Positions 55,754-64,000 of a stretch of DNA of 64,000 bases are shown piece after piece. Made by a program: the position numbers and the translations under genes. The notes under the pieces are model-generated. The model was not told the origin of the DNA. It searched no databases and was given only the letters and a program-made list of their open reading frames with translations. This DNA comes from a bacterium (GTDB lineage Bacteria; Electryoneota; Electryoneia; Electryoneales; Electryoneaceae). The stretch covers positions 1,376,001 through 1,440,000 of the forward strand of contig CAXXKJ010000002.1 in the NCBI GenBank assembly GCA_963675295.2, read 5' to 3'. How positions within the stretch are numbered: the first letter of the stretch is position 1; each line of letters begins with the position of its first letter.

Positions 55754-55870
55754 ATGAAAGTTCGCAGCTCGGTTAAAAAAATTTGCGAACACTGCAAGAT
55801 CATCAAGCGCCGCGGAGTGGTGCGGGTGATTTGCAGCCGGGATCCAAAGCACAAGCAGCGGCAGGGATAA
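55754..55870 (+). CDS. rpmJ: 50S ribosomal protein L36 (below the ORF-track cutoff)
   Basis: [38 protein letters not shown]. Confidence 0.98.
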   Translation: MKVRSSVKKICEHCKIIKRRGVVRVICSRDPKHKQRQG

Positions 55871-55873
55871 GCA

Positions 55874-56245
55874 ATGGCTCGAATTGCAGGCGTTGATCTA
55901 CCCCGCGACAAGCGCACGGACATCGCGCTGACGTACATCTACGGTATTGGTCGTTCGAAGGCGCAGGAAATCTGCAAGGCGACGAGTGTCGACGGTGGAA
56001 TCAAAGTGCGTGACTTGACGGACCAGCAGGTTCGTGAGATCCGTGAGGAGATCAACCAACATCACAAGGTGGAAGGCCCGCTGCGTACGGAAGTCCAGAT
56101 GAACATCAAGCGATTGATGGACATCGGCTGCTATCGTGGGCTTCGTCACCGTCGCGGTCTGCCGGTACACGGTCAGAACACGAAGAACAACGCTCGCACG
56201 CGCAAAGGCAAGAAGAAGGGCGCTGTGGGCGGTAAGAAGAAGTAA
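55874..56245 (+). CDS. rpsM: 30S ribosomal protein S13
   Basis: [26 protein letters not shown]. Confidence 0.99.
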   Translation: MARIAGVDLPRDKRTDIALTYIYGIGRSKAQEICKATSVDGGIKVRDLTDQQVREIREEINQHHKVEGPLRTEVQMNIKRLMDIGCYRGLRHRRGLPVHGQNTKNNARTRKGKKKGAVGGKKK

Positions 56246-56260
56246 GGAAGGGACACGAGT

Positions 56261-56647
56261 ATGGCCGCACCGAAAAGGCGTGCGAAGAAGAAAGAACGTG
56301 TCGATGCCAATGGCGTCGCGCACGTCAAGTCGAGTTTCAACAACACGATCATTACGTTGACCGACACATACGGCAATGTGATATCGTGGTCCTCCGCCGG
56401 TCGTGTCGGTTTCAAGGGTTCGCGTAAGAACACTCCTTATGCGTCAACCCAGGCCGCAACGAACGCAGCGAAGGCGGCGATGGATCTCGGCCTGCGTCGC
56501 GTGCAGGTGCACGTGAAGGGTCCGGGCGCTGGACGTGAGTCCGCTGTACGCGCTTTGGCCGCCGCCGGATTGCAGATTACGACGATCCGTGACGTCACCC
56601 CGATTCCGCACAACGGGTGCCGTCCGAAGAAGCGTCGCCGCGTGTAA
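56261..56647 (+). CDS. rpsK: 30S ribosomal protein S11
   Basis: [24 protein letters not shown]. Confidence 0.99.
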   Translation: MAAPKRRAKKKERVDANGVAHVKSSFNNTIITLTDTYGNVISWSSAGRVGFKGSRKNTPYASTQAATNAAKAAMDLGLRRVQVHVKGPGAGRESAVRALAAAGLQITTIRDVTPIPHNGCRPKKRRRV

Positions 56648-56681
56648 GCAGGAACGTACAACTCCACCTGGAGATTAGGGA

Positions 56682-57311
56682 ATGGCTCGATATACAGGCG
56701 CAAAGTGCAAGCGCTGCCGGGCTGTCGGCTACAAGCTGCACCTCAAGGGCGAACGTTGCCAGGGGCCGAAATGCCCGCTGGAGCGGAAGCCTTATCCGCC
56801 GGGACAGCATGGACAGTCCCGCCGCCGGAAGAAGTCTGAGTACGGTTTGCAGTTGATGGAAAAGCAGAAGGTCCGTTGGACCTACGACATGCTCGAGAAG
56901 CAGTTCCGGAATTCGTATGAAAAGGCGAACCGGATGACCGGTGTTACCGGTGAAAACCTGCTTGCGATGCTGGAACGTCGTCTGGACATGGTTGTGTACC
57001 GGACCGGGTTCATGCCGAGCCTGCCGTCTGCGCGGCAGCTTGTCCGCCATCGTCACATCCTGGTGAACGGTCAGGTGACGGATATTCCGTCCTACATCGT
57101 GAAGCCGGGCGACATCATCGAGGTGCGTGAACGCGCGCGCAAGATGGAAGCGATTCACTCCAGCCTGCGTCGTGTCAAGACCACGAATGTGATGCCGCAT
57201 TTGGAACTTGACAAGGCGAAGCTGCGTGTGACGCTGACCGCAATGCCGACTCGTGAGGACATCCCCGAGACGTTCAACGAGCAGGCAGTCGTCGAGTTGT
57301 ACTCGAAGTAA
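56682..57311 (+). CDS. rpsD: 30S ribosomal protein S4
   Basis: MARYTG, PGQHG, LERRLD, ARQLV.H, VELYSK. Confidence 0.99.
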   Translation: MARYTGAKCKRCRAVGYKLHLKGERCQGPKCPLERKPYPPGQHGQSRRRKKSEYGLQLMEKQKVRWTYDMLEKQFRNSYEKANRMTGVTGENLLAMLERRLDMVVYRTGFMPSLPSARQLVRHRHILVNGQVTDIPSYIVKPGDIIEVRERARKMEAIHSSLRRVKTTNVMPHLELDKAKLRVTLTAMPTREDIPETFNEQAVVELYSK

Positions 57312-57330
57312 TTGCTGGGAGCGGAACCCC

Positions 57331-58368
57331 ATGAGCACCCTCAATTTCCAGATGCCGGAAATCATCGAGCTGGACGAAGGAACGTATTGCGCGACGTATG
57401 GCAAGTTCTTCGTCCACCCGCTGGAACGCGGTTTCGGTGTGACCATTGGCAACAGTTTGCGCCGTGTGTTGCTCGCGTCGCTTCAGGGCGCAGCGATCAG
57501 CTCGGTACGAATTGAAGCCGATCCGCCGGTACTGCATGAGTTTACGACCATCCCCGGCGTGATCGAGGATGTGGCGGAACTGGTGCTGAACTTGAAGGAA
57601 GTCCGGATCAAGCTGCTGAACAAGCGGCCGAACAAGGTCTTCCTCAGCTTCAAGGGCGACGGTACGTTTACCGCCGGCGACCTGCAGAAGAACAATACCG
57701 ACTTTGAAGTGCTCAACCCCGAGCACCATATCGCCACGCTGACCGAGAACGCGAACTTCAGCATCGAGCTGACGATCAAGCGCGGTCGCGGGTATTTCAG
57801 CGCGGACGAGAATCGTGAAGCGAACATGCCGATCGGCACGATTCCGATCGACAGCATTTTCAGCCCGGTGCGCAATGTGACGTTCGCGGTGGAAAACACC
57901 CGCGTCGGCCAGCGTACGGACTACGAAAAGCTGATCCTCGAGATCTGGACGGACGGATCCATTACACCGGATGATGCCCTGTCGCAGGCGGCGAAGATCA
58001 TGCGCGATCACATCCAGCTGTTCATTAACCTTGACCAGTCGGCCGAGGAAGAGGAACCGCAGGAAATCGACGAAGAAGTGCTTCGTATCCGCAAGATCCT
58101 GAAGCAGCCGGTGGACGCGCTCGAGTTGAGCGTGCGCAGCGCCAACTGCCTGAAGGAAGCGTCGATCAAGACGGTGGCGGATCTCGTCAAGCACACCGAG
58201 GAAGAGCTGCTCAACTTCAAGAACTTCGGCCGCAAGTCGTTCATCGAATTGCAGGAGCGTCTTGAGGGCAAGGGCCTCGAATTCGGCATGGACGTCGAGA
58301 AGTTCCTCTCCGAAGGGGATGGCATGACCAGTTCGGCTGGTGTGCCGGTTTCGGAAGAGGCAGAGTAA
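57331..58368 (+). CDS. rpoA: RNA polymerase alpha subunit
   Basis: PLERGFGVTIGNSLRR, HEF, LSVRSANCL, NFGRKS; ATG 57331. Confidence 0.99.
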   Translation: MSTLNFQMPEIIELDEGTYCATYGKFFVHPLERGFGVTIGNSLRRVLLASLQGAAISSVRIEADPPVLHEFTTIPGVIEDVAELVLNLKEVRIKLLNKRPNKVFLSFKGDGTFTAGDLQKNNTDFEVLNPEHHIATLTENANFSIELTIKRGRGYFSADENREANMPIGTIPIDSIFSPVRNVTFAVENTRVGQRTDYEKLILEIWTDGSITPDDALSQAAKIMRDHIQLFINLDQSAEEEEPQEIDEEVLRIRKILKQPVDALELSVRSANCLKEASIKTVADLVKHTEEELLNFKNFGRKSFIELQERLEGKGLEFGMDVEKFLSEGDGMTSSAGVPVSEEAE

Positions 58369-58376
58369 TATCTTTA

Positions 58377-58402
58377 TTACCACCGACTTAAATCGGTGGT
58401 AA
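58377..58402. repeat. 26-bp palindrome after rpoA, same family as the one after rpoB
   Basis: TTACCACCGACTT|AAATCGGTGGTAA. Confidence 0.85.
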
Positions 58403-58574
58403 GCGAAGTGCCCGTGTTTGCTTGCAACCGCGGATCATCCCAGACATGAATGTCTGGGGCATGAAGCAGCCCGGACAGTGGTTCGGGACACGTAGCCAGG
58501 TTGGACAAGGCGGAGCCGCGCGATGAGTTGCGCGATCCGCGGACAGTGCCTGTTGGCACCATCGGGAGTTGACC

Positions 58575-59324
58575 GTGCGTCACCAGAAGACCAACATCAA
58601 GCTGAACCGGACAGCGTCCCATCGCAAGGCGCTGCTGATGAACCAGACGCGTGCGTTGATCGAGCACAAGAAGATCACGACCACGTTGGCGAAGGCGAAA
58701 GCGACCCGCAGCTATGCGGAACGTCTGATCACGTTCGCGAAGAAGGACGATGTCGCCGCGCGCCGTCAGGTGCTGAAGAAGCTGCACAGCCGTGACGCCG
58801 TGAAGACGCTGTTCCATGAGATCGGCCCGCGTTTCCGTGACCGGAACGGTGGCTATACCCGCATCATCAAGCTGGAAAACCGGAATGGCGACAACGCGCC
58901 GATGGCGATTCTTGAGCTGGTCGGTTTCGCGGTTGATGAACCGGTGAAGACGGGCCGTAAGCGCCGTCGTCCGGCCACCCAGCGGAAGACCACCGCGAAG
59001 AAGGAAACCGCCAAGGCCACGCCGGTGAAGGAAGAAGCCGCCGCCGAGACTACTGAGGAAGCGGTTGAGGAAAAGCCGGCTGAAGCCGCCGCCGCGGTGG
59101 AAGAAGCGGAAGAGGTCGTCGAAGAAGCCGCTGCCGAAGAAGCTGAAGCGACGGAAGAAGTCGTCGACGAGGCGCAGGAAGCCAAGGCGGAAGATGAAGC
59201 TCCGGTAGAAGAAGAAGAGAAGAAGCCGGAAGCCGAAGCTGCGGAAGAGACTGCGGAAGAAGCCAAGGAAGACGACAAGTCTGACGACGCCGACGAAGGC
59301 GAAGAGGAAAAGAAGAAGGACTGA
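58575..59324 (+). CDS. rplQ: 50S ribosomal protein L17 with long acidic C-terminal tail
   Basis: [30 protein letters not shown]; GTG 58575 after GGAG. Confidence 0.97.
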   Translation: MRHQKTNIKLNRTASHRKALLMNQTRALIEHKKITTTLAKAKATRSYAERLITFAKKDDVAARRQVLKKLHSRDAVKTLFHEIGPRFRDRNGGYTRIIKLENRNGDNAPMAILELVGFAVDEPVKTGRKRRRPATQRKTTAKKETAKATPVKEEAAAETTEEAVEEKPAEAAAAVEEAEEVVEEAAAEEAEATEEVVDEAQEAKAEDEAPVEEEEKKPEAEAAEETAEEAKEDDKSDDADEGEEEKKKD

Positions 59325-59353
59325 TTTTTCCTCATCCACCAAGCTGTTCATTC

Positions 59354-59384
59354 AAGCCGGACTCATCGCGAGTTCGGCTTTTTT
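59354..59384 (+). terminator. Intrinsic terminator of the alpha operon
   Basis: AAGCCGGACTC-N5-GAGTTCGGCTT followed by a T-run. Confidence 0.85.
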
Positions 59385-59510
59385 GCTCTCGCAAGGTTCA
59401 GATAGTCATTTTGGAATATTGCATAGCAGCGATAAAATTCGTAAAAACAAGCTTCACCAGTCTCATGAAAATTCCGATCTAAGAACCACTCAGGCTTGGC
59501 GACTGGCTTC

Positions 59511-60479
59511 ATGCCGACAACCAGCTCACAGCGTACTCTGTTTAACCTGCCGATCAGTGGGCTGGTCCATCTGCTGATCGTGTACATCGTCTGGGGCAGC
59601 ACGTTCCTCGCGATTCGCATTGCGGTGATGGAGGGCGCTGGCTGGGACCCGTACTCGATGGCGGGCTCGCGGTTGTTGATCGCTGGTGTGTTGCTGCTTC
59701 TGTTTGCGAAACTTCGTGGTCAGCGGATCCTGCCGAAACGGAACGAGTGGTGGCGGCTGACGTTGTACGCCCTGTTCATCTGGGTGATCGGGCATGGGAT
59801 CGTGGTCTGGGCGGAGGAGGTTGTCCCGTCCGGGCAGGCGGCGTTGATTGTTGGTTCGGTGCCGATCTGGGGCGCGATGTTCGAAGCGTTCGCGGACAGA
59901 CGGCGGCCTACCGCCGGGATGATTCTCGGACTGGCATTGGGGTTCGTCGGATTGATCCTGCTGCTCGATCCGATCACGTTGTTCCGTGAACAGAGCGTGT
60001 CGCCACGTCTGGCGGTGGTCGTTCTCGGAACGCTGAGCTGGTCGGGCGGGGTTGTCTACCAGGCGCGGAAACGGGTCGGGCTCAGTTCGACTGCGAGTTC
60101 CGGCTGGCAGCAGCTGCTGGCGACGGTTGGGTTTGCGGTCTTGTTCGTGACGCTGGAAAACGAAATGCCCACGCCAACCGTGGAAGCGTGGCTGGCATGG
60201 GCTTATTTGCTTGTGTTCGGCTCACTGATCGCGTTTACGAGCTACGTGATCATGGTCAAGGTGCTGCCGACCTCGATTGTGCTGACTCACTCGTATGTCA
60301 ATCCTGCAGTCGCGGTGTTCCTCGGCTGGTTCTTCCTCAGCGAGGAAATCAACCCGCGTGTCCTGCTCGGTGCGGCGTTGATCCTGACCGGTGTCGGCAT
60401 CGTCTTCGCGGCGAAACAGCGCTGGAAGGCGCGTCCGGTCACCCGGGTACCGCTCGGTCGTGATCAACTGCCGGGGTAG
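59511..60479 (+). CDS. EamA/DMT family transporter (YedA-like)
   Basis: VYIVWGSTFLAI, FGSLIAF, YVNPAVAV.LG; about 10 TMs. Confidence 0.92.
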   Translation: MPTTSSQRTLFNLPISGLVHLLIVYIVWGSTFLAIRIAVMEGAGWDPYSMAGSRLLIAGVLLLLFAKLRGQRILPKRNEWWRLTLYALFIWVIGHGIVVWAEEVVPSGQAALIVGSVPIWGAMFEAFADRRRPTAGMILGLALGFVGLILLLDPITLFREQSVSPRLAVVVLGTLSWSGGVVYQARKRVGLSSTASSGWQQLLATVGFAVLFVTLENEMPTPTVEAWLAWAYLLVFGSLIAFTSYVIMVKVLPTSIVLTHSYVNPAVAVFLGWFFLSEEINPRVLLGAALILTGVGIVFAAKQRWKARPVTRVPLGRDQLPG

Positions 60480-63400
60480 AACTCACCGCTGCGTCGCTGT
60501 ACCTCACTCCAGTACTTCCGCATTGCCTCTTCCTGCCGCTCGAGATAGGCCTGCATCCGTGCCTGGAACTCTGCCATCACCTGTTGAGGATCGGCGTCCG
60601 GCGGAAAATCGGGCACCGTCGGCGGTTCGTTCAGTTCCGGCGCCTGTGCAGCTTGTTCCTGCATCGGCTGCGGTTCGGGCGATTTTCCGTTGGTGTGCAT
60701 CAGTTTCGCCGGTACTTTCTTCTGCTTGGTCTCCAGGTTCAGCAATGGCTGCGCGCCGAAGTGGCCAATCTCCTTGTTCATCGGCCGGGCGTTTCCACCA
60801 TTGACAAACCAGGTCGTCGGACGCAGCGGCGCGGGCTTGGTCGTTTCGACGAGGTTGTCGAGGTCGACCAGCTTGACGTCGCGGCGGTCGTAGATGAACG
60901 GCAGATTGAAATCGACGCCCCAGCCAAACAAGCGTCCGAGCCCGAGCAGGAAGCCGGCGAGTCCGCCGCCTTCACCGTCCAGAGACACCGCCCAGTATGG
61001 TTTGCGGGCGATCAGGATGTTGTCGCAGAGGTTGGTCAGCAGGGAACGCGGTCCGAGTTCGACGAACACGCGCACACCGTCATCGTACATCTTCCGCACC
61101 GTGTTCACCCAGTCCACAGGAACAGTCAGGTGGCAGGCGAAGCGATCCTTCAATTCCTCGTCATCCGAGGTGTCGATGACGGTTCCGCGCTGAGCGTTGT
61201 AGGTGCGCACGTCGGTATCGAGATGGATCTTGATATCCTTGCAGATCTCGCGCAGTTCCGGCCGCAGCACGTGATACTGCGTGCAGTGGTACGCGCCGGT
61301 CAGCTGAATCTTGTAGGTCTGCAGGTCGCGATGTTCCGGATTTTTGCGGAACGCGATCACGTCCTCCATCGCCCCGCCGACAACGGTCTGGTTGGTTGCG
61401 TTGTAGTTGGCGAGGTTCAGGGTCGGGTACTGGTACGCCAATGAGAGAGCGTGGACCTGGTCGAGGCCGATCGCCAGCAGCTGAGTATCGTGCTCGAGGG
61501 TGAACTCGTGCATCCGCTCCATGCGGCGATCAAAGAAATCGACCCAATCCTTCAGCGAGTAGTGGCCCGCGTAATAGTAGGACGCCGGTTCGCCGAGCGA
61601 ATGGCCGGTGGCGAACTTGACGTTCAGGTTCATCCCTCGCATCAGGTCGATCATGCCCGCCTGGAAACAGGCCAGCGCCAATCCAGACAGCCGCGGGTTG
61701 AGAAACGGCTTGTTGAGGATTTCGTCATCGTTGCCGGTAAACAGGGAGGCCGGATAGATGAGATCGCTGTACTTGTTGCCGTGACGGCCATCGAGAACCT
61801 GGTTCACCTGGTTGATGATGGCTTCCAACTCCGGCATCACTGACACCATCTCGGCGTGCTGGCCAACGTACTGCGATCCCTGCCCTGGGAAGAGGAAACC
61901 GACGGTTTCGCCCTTGGCTTCAAGCTCATCCGTGATACGGATGTTGTTGTCCAGCGGCCAAGTCGCTTCGCCTCGCAGATGCGGCAAAGCGTGGTCGAGG
62001 GACTTTCGCAGATGCTTCAGGTCGCGGGCGACAATGACCAGCGTCGCGGGCAATTCCTTGTGGTTCCACGCCCGTTTGAGCATGCTGTAGGCGAGATCGC
62101 AGAGGCGCGGCTCGGCACCGTCGTCCAGGTCGGAAATCAGTTTTTCCGCCTGACGGATCAGCTCTTCGCGATTATCGCCCTTGAGCAGGAACAGCTCTGC
62201 GCTCCACTCGGTGTCGGCGGCGACCCGTTTACGCTGCTCGTCGGGAACTTCCTCGAGGACAACGTGGAAGTTTGTCCCGCCGAATCCGAACGCACTGACA
62301 CCTGCGCGACGGGGCACATCGTTACGGCGCACCCACGGTTGCGGATTTTCGATCAGGTAGACCGGCGAATCCTTGTCGGTGATGATGTCGAGCGGCTGGT
62401 CGACGCCCATCTGCGGCGGCAGCGTCTTGTGATGCAGCGCGAGGCTGGATTCGATCAGGCTGGCGATTCCAGCCGAGCCTTTCAGGTGGCCGACTTGTGC
62501 CTTGACGGAACACACCGCGACGGACTTTGGTGCGGCGTTGTTCTCCTGCAATGTCTCGACGATCGCAGCGACTTCGGCGTTATCACCGGCGACGGTGCCG
62601 GTTCCGTGCGCGGCGATCAGGCCAACGGTCGAAATGGAGAACCCGGCGCGTTTGTACGCACGTTTCAGTGCACGTTTCTGTCCCGGCGGGTAGGGCGTAA
62701 ACAGGCTTTTCGCCTTGCCGTCGCTGGAACTGCCCCAGCCTTTGATCACGGCGTAGATGCGATCGTCGTCACGGACGGCGTCTTCGTAGCGTTTCAGCGC
62801 CACCATACCGACGCCTTCGCCGATGACGATTCCGTCCGCCTTCTTGTCGAACGGAATCGACCGTCCGGTCGGCGACAGGGCTTGTGTGCGTGCGAGGCTG
62901 AAATAGGCGTACGGTCCCTGGTGGGTGTCGGTTCCGCCGGCGAGGACGAAATTCGCGTCCCCGGAAACGAGTTCCTGGCAGCCCTGGGCGACGGAGGCCA
63001 GCGAGGACGCGCACGCCGCGTCAATGACCTGGTTCGTGCCGCCAAAATCGAACCGGTTGGTGATCCGTCCCGCGACGACATTCTGCAATGCGCCGACGAA
63101 GCTTGTTTCAGTCCAATCTGGCAGACGTTCGAGCACGTCCGGCGGGACATCGTGCAGCAACTGCGCCAGTTCACTGCGCGCGGCGAGGCGTTGCCCCATC
63201 TCGGCCATGCCCATGGTGTAGCCGATGAAGACGGATGTGTTTTCCTTGTCGAGGCCACGCTCGAGCGCGCCGGAATCTTCCAGCGTCTGACGGGCGACGT
63301 CAAGGGTGATAAGTTGTGCCGGCTCAACGGAGTTCACCGTTGAGGGCGGGATGCCGTATGTCAATGGATCAAAAGGGACATCAGGGATGAAGCCGCCCCA

Positions 63401-63595
63401 TTTGGCGTAGAGTTCGTCCTTGGATGTGCGATCATCATTGAAAAACAGCCGCCAGTCCCAGCGATCTCGAGGGATTTCAGTGATCGCGGGAATCTTGCGT
63501 AACACATTCAGCCAGTACTCGCGGGTTGTGGTAGCACCGGGAAAGACGGACGCCATGCCCACAATCGCGATGTCTGCACTGCTACGTTCTGACAT
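60464..63595 (-). CDS. Type I PKS/PUFA-synthase-like KS-AT protein without ACP
   Basis: DIAIVGM, DAACASS, HGTGT, GHLKG, SAFGFGGTNFH, FPGQGSQ, GHSLGE; ATG 63595 about 10 nt after GGAGG. Confidence 0.9.
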   Translation of the reverse strand: MSERSSADIAIVGMASVFPGATTTREYWLNVLRKIPAITEIPRDRWDWRLFFNDDRTSKDELYAKWGGFIPDVPFDPLTYGIPPSTVNSVEPAQLITLDVARQTLEDSGALERGLDKENTSVFIGYTMGMAEMGQRLAARSELAQLLHDVPPDVLERLPDWTETSFVGALQNVVAGRITNRFDFGGTNQVIDAACASSLASVAQGCQELVSGDANFVLAGGTDTHQGPYAYFSLARTQALSPTGRSIPFDKKADGIVIGEGVGMVALKRYEDAVRDDDRIYAVIKGWGSSSDGKAKSLFTPYPPGQKRALKRAYKRAGFSISTVGLIAAHGTGTVAGDNAEVAAIVETLQENNAAPKSVAVCSVKAQVGHLKGSAGIASLIESSLALHHKTLPPQMGVDQPLDIITDKDSPVYLIENPQPWVRRNDVPRRAGVSAFGFGGTNFHVVLEEVPDEQRKRVAADTEWSAELFLLKGDNREELIRQAEKLISDLDDGAEPRLCDLAYSMLKRAWNHKELPATLVIVARDLKHLRKSLDHALPHLRGEATWPLDNNIRITDELEAKGETVGFLFPGQGSQYVGQHAEMVSVMPELEAIINQVNQVLDGRHGNKYSDLIYPASLFTGNDDEILNKPFLNPRLSGLALACFQAGMIDLMRGMNLNVKFATGHSLGEPASYYYAGHYSLKDWVDFFDRRMERMHEFTLEHDTQLLAIGLDQVHALSLAYQYPTLNLANYNATNQTVVGGAMEDVIAFRKNPEHRDLQTYKIQLTGAYHCTQYHVLRPELREICKDIKIHLDTDVRTYNAQRGTVIDTSDDEELKDRFACHLTVPVDWVNTVRKMYDDGVRVFVELGPRSLLTNLCDNILIARKPYWAVSLDGEGGGLAGFLLGLGRLFGWGVDFNLPFIYDRRDVKLVDLDNLVETTKPAPLRPTTWFVNGGNARPMNKEIGHFGAQPLLNLETKQKKVPAKLMHTNGKSPEPQPMQEQAAQAPELNEPPTVPDFPPDADPQQVMAEFQARMQAYLERQEEAMRKYWSEVQRRSGEFYPGS

Positions 63596-63780
63596 TAACC
63601 CCATTCCTCCGAAAACAGACGGACTGCATAGCTGGTCGAACGGCCAAGAAAATAAGGTAGCTTCCCCAGTTCGCAAACGCGAGTGACGTGCCTCACGGTT
63701 GCCGAGTCAGTTCGGAGTTCTCATTCCGGAAAATGCCGAATTATTTTGGGGTTACGTCGTTACTTTTGCGGAAATCCGTA

Positions 63781-63999
63781 TTATTTAGTGTGGTCGTTAC
63801 GAACGAATACAAACCCCGGATCTCGCGGTCCCCAGATAAGCTGATCTTCTTCATCCCAAGCCTGATCCTTGATGTTGAGTGTGTCCGCGGTCAGTGACCA
63901 CGAGCTGGTCGTGTAGGAAGCGCCAGCCTGTTCCATCTCCTCGATGTCAATGATCCCGTGCAGTCCGCCGCTGAAGCAGCGTCCGCCCGTGGCGCGGAG
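63781..63999 (-). CDS. 3' end of a gene, CpcT/CpeT (T-type bilin lyase)-like
   Basis: Reads LRATGGRCFSGG...GASYTTSSWSLTADTLNIKDQAWDEEDQLIWGPRDPGFVFVRNDHTK*, resembling the GAxYxTS...D...D...WG...F.R C-terminus of CpcT/CpeT. Confidence 0.55.
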   Translation of the reverse strand, partial: LRATGGRCFSGGLHGIIDIEEMEQAGASYTTSSWSLTADTLNIKDQAWDEEDQLIWGPRDPGFVFVRNDHTK

Positions 64000-64000
64000 T

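Overview
GC-rich bacterial chromosome segment, probably from an FCB-superphylum lineage (inferred from T9SS-type C-terminal sorting domains and gene order). About 23.5-59.4 kb is one contiguous transcription/translation supercluster on the + strand: tRNA-Thr/Tyr/Gly/Thr, tuf, rpmG, tRNA-Trp, secE, nusG, rplKAJL, rpoBC, rpsLG, fusA, a second tuf, and the S10, spc and alpha operons through rplQ. The left 23 kb holds an accessory patch (a very low-GC ABC-ATPase/TOPRIM OLD-like nuclease, a REP-like hairpin array, a pRiA4b ORF3-like gene, an orphan hicB). It also holds lysS-alr, two tandem secreted Asp-box proteins, an OYE-family reductase, a peptidase, dsbD-trxA-tlpA, an Ald-like gene and a CoA-transferase. 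The right end has a DMT transporter, an orphan KS-AT polyketide synthase and the 3' end of a CpcT/CpeT-like gene. The best leads are: (i) a near-consensus promoter firing away from the OLD-like nuclease into a non-coding 81-bp-period hairpin array; (ii) many intergenic 7-bp-period (and one 9-bp-period) repeat arrays with drifting unit sequence; (iii) one covarying palindrome placed right after both rpoB and rpoA; (iv) enzymes and r-proteins with altered catalytic or Zn-binding motifs. All family calls come from motif recognition by eye; no searches were run.
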